Made by a program: the position numbers and the translations under genes | Notes under the pieces: model-generated | Databases searched by the model: none | Seen by the model: only the letters and a program-made list of their open reading frames with translations | Told to the model about the DNA's origin: nothing | DNA from: Clostridiales bacterium | GTDB lineage: Bacteria; Bacillota; Clostridia; Oscillospirales; Oscillospiraceae | Direction: 5' to 3' | Assembly (NCBI GenBank): GCA_004553545.1 | Contig: SFLD01000019.1 | Location: 8,630 to 72,629, forward strand | Length of the DNA: 64,000 bases | Shown: positions 61,741 to 64,000 of the stretch, piece after piece | Numbering within the stretch: position 1 is the stretch's first letter | Layout of the letters: each line of letters opens with the position of its first letter

Positions 61741-61920
61741 TCACTGCCGCCGCGCCGTCTCGTAGTCGTCGCCCGGTTTATAGTAGGGGCAGGCGTCGGC
61801 GGCGGCGCGGAGGAAGCGCTCCATCTCGTCCTCGTCCAGGTCCTGGGTGCAGTAATTGCTGTCCGTCTCCTCGTCGTAGTCGAAGAACTGGCAGTCCTCG
61901 CAGCGGCTCTTTCCCCGCAT
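61741..61920 (-). CDS. Small Cys/acidic protein (DUF6472-like, 59 aa)
   Basis: Read manually: MRGKSRCEDCQFFDYDEETDSNYCTQDLDEDEMERF...CPYYKPGDDYETARRQ; GGAGG RBS. Confidence 0.8.
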   Translation of the reverse strand: MRGKSRCEDCQFFDYDEETDSNYCTQDLDEDEMERFLRAAADACPYYKPGDDYETARRQ

Positions 61921-61933
61921 GGGTCTCCCTCCT

Positions 61934-62173
61934 TCACATCGTTCTCACGTAAATGCCGTCCACGGCCAGGTGCTCCTCGGTCACCAGGGCCTCCAGGGCC
62001 GCCCGGCTCTCCACCGGAGCCCGCCAGCAGAGGCCGCAGCCCGCGCGCAGGCTCCCCGGCACCGGGATGAGCCGCCCCGGCAGGCCCCGCTCCCAGCAGA
62101 GCCGCTCCATGGCCATGGCGGTGGTGGTGGCGGCGAAGGTGATGAGAAGCCATTCCCGTCTCTCCATCCTCAC
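61934..62173 (-). CDS. DUF3343 putative Se/S carrier protein
   Basis: ITF..TT.AMAME, GRLIPVP...AGCGL. Confidence 0.88.
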   Translation of the reverse strand: MRMERREWLLITFAATTTAMAMERLCWERGLPGRLIPVPGSLRAGCGLCWRAPVESRAALEALVTEEHLAVDGIYVRTM

Positions 62174-63306
62174 GCCTCCGCCAGTGCCCGGAGGGCGGCC
62201 GCCGCGGCGTCCGTCTCCTCCTCTGTGCTGTACCAGGACCAGGAGAAGCGCACCGCTCCCTGCTCCTCGGTCCCCAGAGCCCGGTGGAGCCGGGGGGCGC
62301 AGTGGGCCCCGGGCCGGACGGCGATCTGACAGCCCTCCCAGAGGGCGTCCGCCACCGCGCCGGAGTCGGCGTCCCCCAGGTTCAGCGTCACGATGGGGGC
62401 CCGCTCCCGGGCCTCGCAGTCCCCGTAAAAGCGGATGCCGGGGATGTCCCGGACCTGCTCGTAAAAGCGCCGGGCAAGGCCCAATTCGCGGGCCAGGATC
62501 GTCTCCCGGCCCAGCTCCCGCCGGAAGCGCAGCGCCGCCCGGAGGCCCGCGATGCCGTGGCCGTTGAGGGTCCCGGCCTCCAGGCGGGTGGGGTACTCCT
62601 CCGGCTGGGTCTCCCGGTAGCTCTGGACCCCGGTGCCGCCGGTGAGAAGGGGCCGGACCTCCACCCCCGGTCCCACGCAGAGCCCGCCGGTGCCCTGGGG
62701 GCCCATGAGGCTCTTGTGGCCCGTGAAGCAGAGGACATCGATGCCCATTTCCTCCATGTCGATGGGCAGCAGCCCCGCCGTCTGGGAGGCGTCCACCACC
62801 AGCAAAAGTCCGTGCGTCCGGCAGAATTCCCCCACCCGGCGGAGGTCCACGGCGTCCCCCGTGAGGTTGGAGGCGTGGGTGCAGACCACGGCCTTGGTCT
62901 CCTCCCGCCGGAGAAGGAAGGGCAGGGCATCCCAGTCCAGCCGCCCCTGCCGGTCCGCCGGGAGGAAGTCCACCGCGCCCCCCTGGCTGCGGAAGCGGTA
63001 CAGGGGCCGCAGGACGGAGTTGTGCTCCCAGTCCGTGGAGATGACGTGGTCTCCGGGGGCAAAGAGCCCCGCGATGGCGGTATTCAGGGCGGCGGTGGAG
63101 TTGGGGGCAAAGCAGACCCGCTCCGCCGGGCAGTGAAAGAGCTCCCCCAGCAGCAGCCGCGTCTCATAGATGCAGCGCCCGGCGTCCAGGGCCTCGCCAT
63201 AGGCCCCTCTCCCGCTGTTGCCGAAGCTCCCCAGGGCCGAGAGCACCGCCTCCGCCACCGCCGGGGGCTTTCGCACCGTGGTGGCGGCGTTGTCCAGGTA
63301 GATCAC
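62170..63306 (-). CDS. Class V PLP aminotransferase, cysteine desulfurase/selenocysteine lyase-like
   Basis: IYLDNAAT, EHNSV, DASQ, TGHK, EAGT.N, R.G.HCAP. Confidence 0.93.
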   Translation of the reverse strand: MIYLDNAATTVRKPPAVAEAVLSALGSFGNSGRGAYGEALDAGRCIYETRLLLGELFHCPAERVCFAPNSTAALNTAIAGLFAPGDHVISTDWEHNSVLRPLYRFRSQGGAVDFLPADRQGRLDWDALPFLLRREETKAVVCTHASNLTGDAVDLRRVGEFCRTHGLLLVVDASQTAGLLPIDMEEMGIDVLCFTGHKSLMGPQGTGGLCVGPGVEVRPLLTGGTGVQSYRETQPEEYPTRLEAGTLNGHGIAGLRAALRFRRELGRETILARELGLARRFYEQVRDIPGIRFYGDCEARERAPIVTLNLGDADSGAVADALWEGCQIAVRPGAHCAPRLHRALGTEEQGAVRFSWSWYSTEEETDAAAAALRALAEA

Positions 63307-63920
63307 GGCCGGATGACCTTCCCGGCGTTGGCCAGGGTCTCCACGATGGCGTACATATTGGTGACGCCGCCCACTGCTAATTTTTCTGTGAGGCCGTAGT
63401 AGTTGAGGCAGGTGCCGCAGGTCAGGATCTCGGTGCCCTTCTCCGCCAGGGCCCGCAGATCCTCCAGGGAGGCCGAGCCCTCGCAGGTAAGGTGCGCCCC
63501 GCCGTTATAGAAGAGGAGGGTCTTGGGGGGCTGGGGCAGCTGCCCCAGGGCGAAGAGGAAGCTCTTCATCAGGGTCCTGCCCAGCTCGTCGCTGCCCCGG
63601 CCCATGGCGTCGGTGTCCACCGCAACGACCAGGCCTCCGTCCCCGCAGGGGACGCAGACCGGCTCCGCCGCCGGAGCGGCAGCCTTCCCCAGGGGCTTGG
63701 CCACCGGGATGGTGACCGCGAACTCCCCCTCGCCCTTCTTCTCCACGCGGGCCGTGAGCTGATGCCCCGCCGCCATGCGGCGGAGGTTCTCCGTGGCCGT
63801 GACGTTGTCCACCAGGACGACCAGCTCCCCGGCCTCGGTCATGCCCTCCAGGGCCCGGGTGGCCTGCACCACGGGGATGGGGCACTGCTGCCCCATGGCG
63901 TTGACGGTGATCTTTGCCAT
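63303..63920 (-). CDS. yedF: Sulfurtransferase-like selenium metabolism protein YedF (TusA/SirA + DsrE domains)
   Basis: CPIPVV, VDN..A.EN, MG.G..ELG..L, F.NGG, CGTCL. Confidence 0.9.
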   Translation of the reverse strand: MAKITVNAMGQQCPIPVVQATRALEGMTEAGELVVLVDNVTATENLRRMAAGHQLTARVEKKGEGEFAVTIPVAKPLGKAAAPAAEPVCVPCGDGGLVVAVDTDAMGRGSDELGRTLMKSFLFALGQLPQPPKTLLFYNGGAHLTCEGSASLEDLRALAEKGTEILTCGTCLNYYGLTEKLAVGGVTNMYAIVETLANAGKVIRP

Positions 63921-64000
63921 AACGATTCCTCCCTCCGGCTCCCGCCGGTCTCATTTTCCCCATTGTAATGCGGAATCGCTCTCCCCGCAAGGGATATTTT

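Noticed and set aside
61741..63920. Selenoprotein (in-frame TGA) in the selenium cluster
   Set aside because: All ORFs read through with Cys at the motif positions; no in-frame TGA extension seen.

Overview
High-GC Firmicutes chromosome segment, probably Clostridia (Oscillospiraceae-like; inferred from gene content, sigma-A promoters and repeat style). It is mostly housekeeping. DNA repair: mutS2, recO, uvrA, uvrB, radC. Translation: era and rpmG-secE-nusG-rplK-rplA-rplJ-rplL with L1 and L10 leaders. Metals: mgtE with an M-box riboswitch, and a feoA-feoA-feoB iron locus. Also thrR-hom-lysC, PBP1A, a PrsA-like PPIase, a probable 6S RNA, htrA and the start of a selenium-related yedF cluster. 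The least ordinary signals are: (1) a REP-associated tyrosine transposase fused onto the SOS-boxed uvrB operon, whose own ORF contains an inverted pair of GTAG-REPs around the HUH motif, plus dispersed, tandem and nested REP/MITE elements; (2) a 16-bp palindrome GTTAGC-N4-GCTAAC present 9 times, defining a candidate DtxR-like metal regulon that links feo, DUF2325/DUF3793 and a distant methyltransferase operon; (3) a long structured, unassigned leader upstream of xdhC; (4) a pyruvyl-transferase/FrhB-ferredoxin fusion; (5) a permuted DUF1292 gene and several clean internal deletions in conserved genes (recO, DUF711, PBP1A), which may be assembly artefacts. No CRISPR array, rRNA or tRNA was seen.
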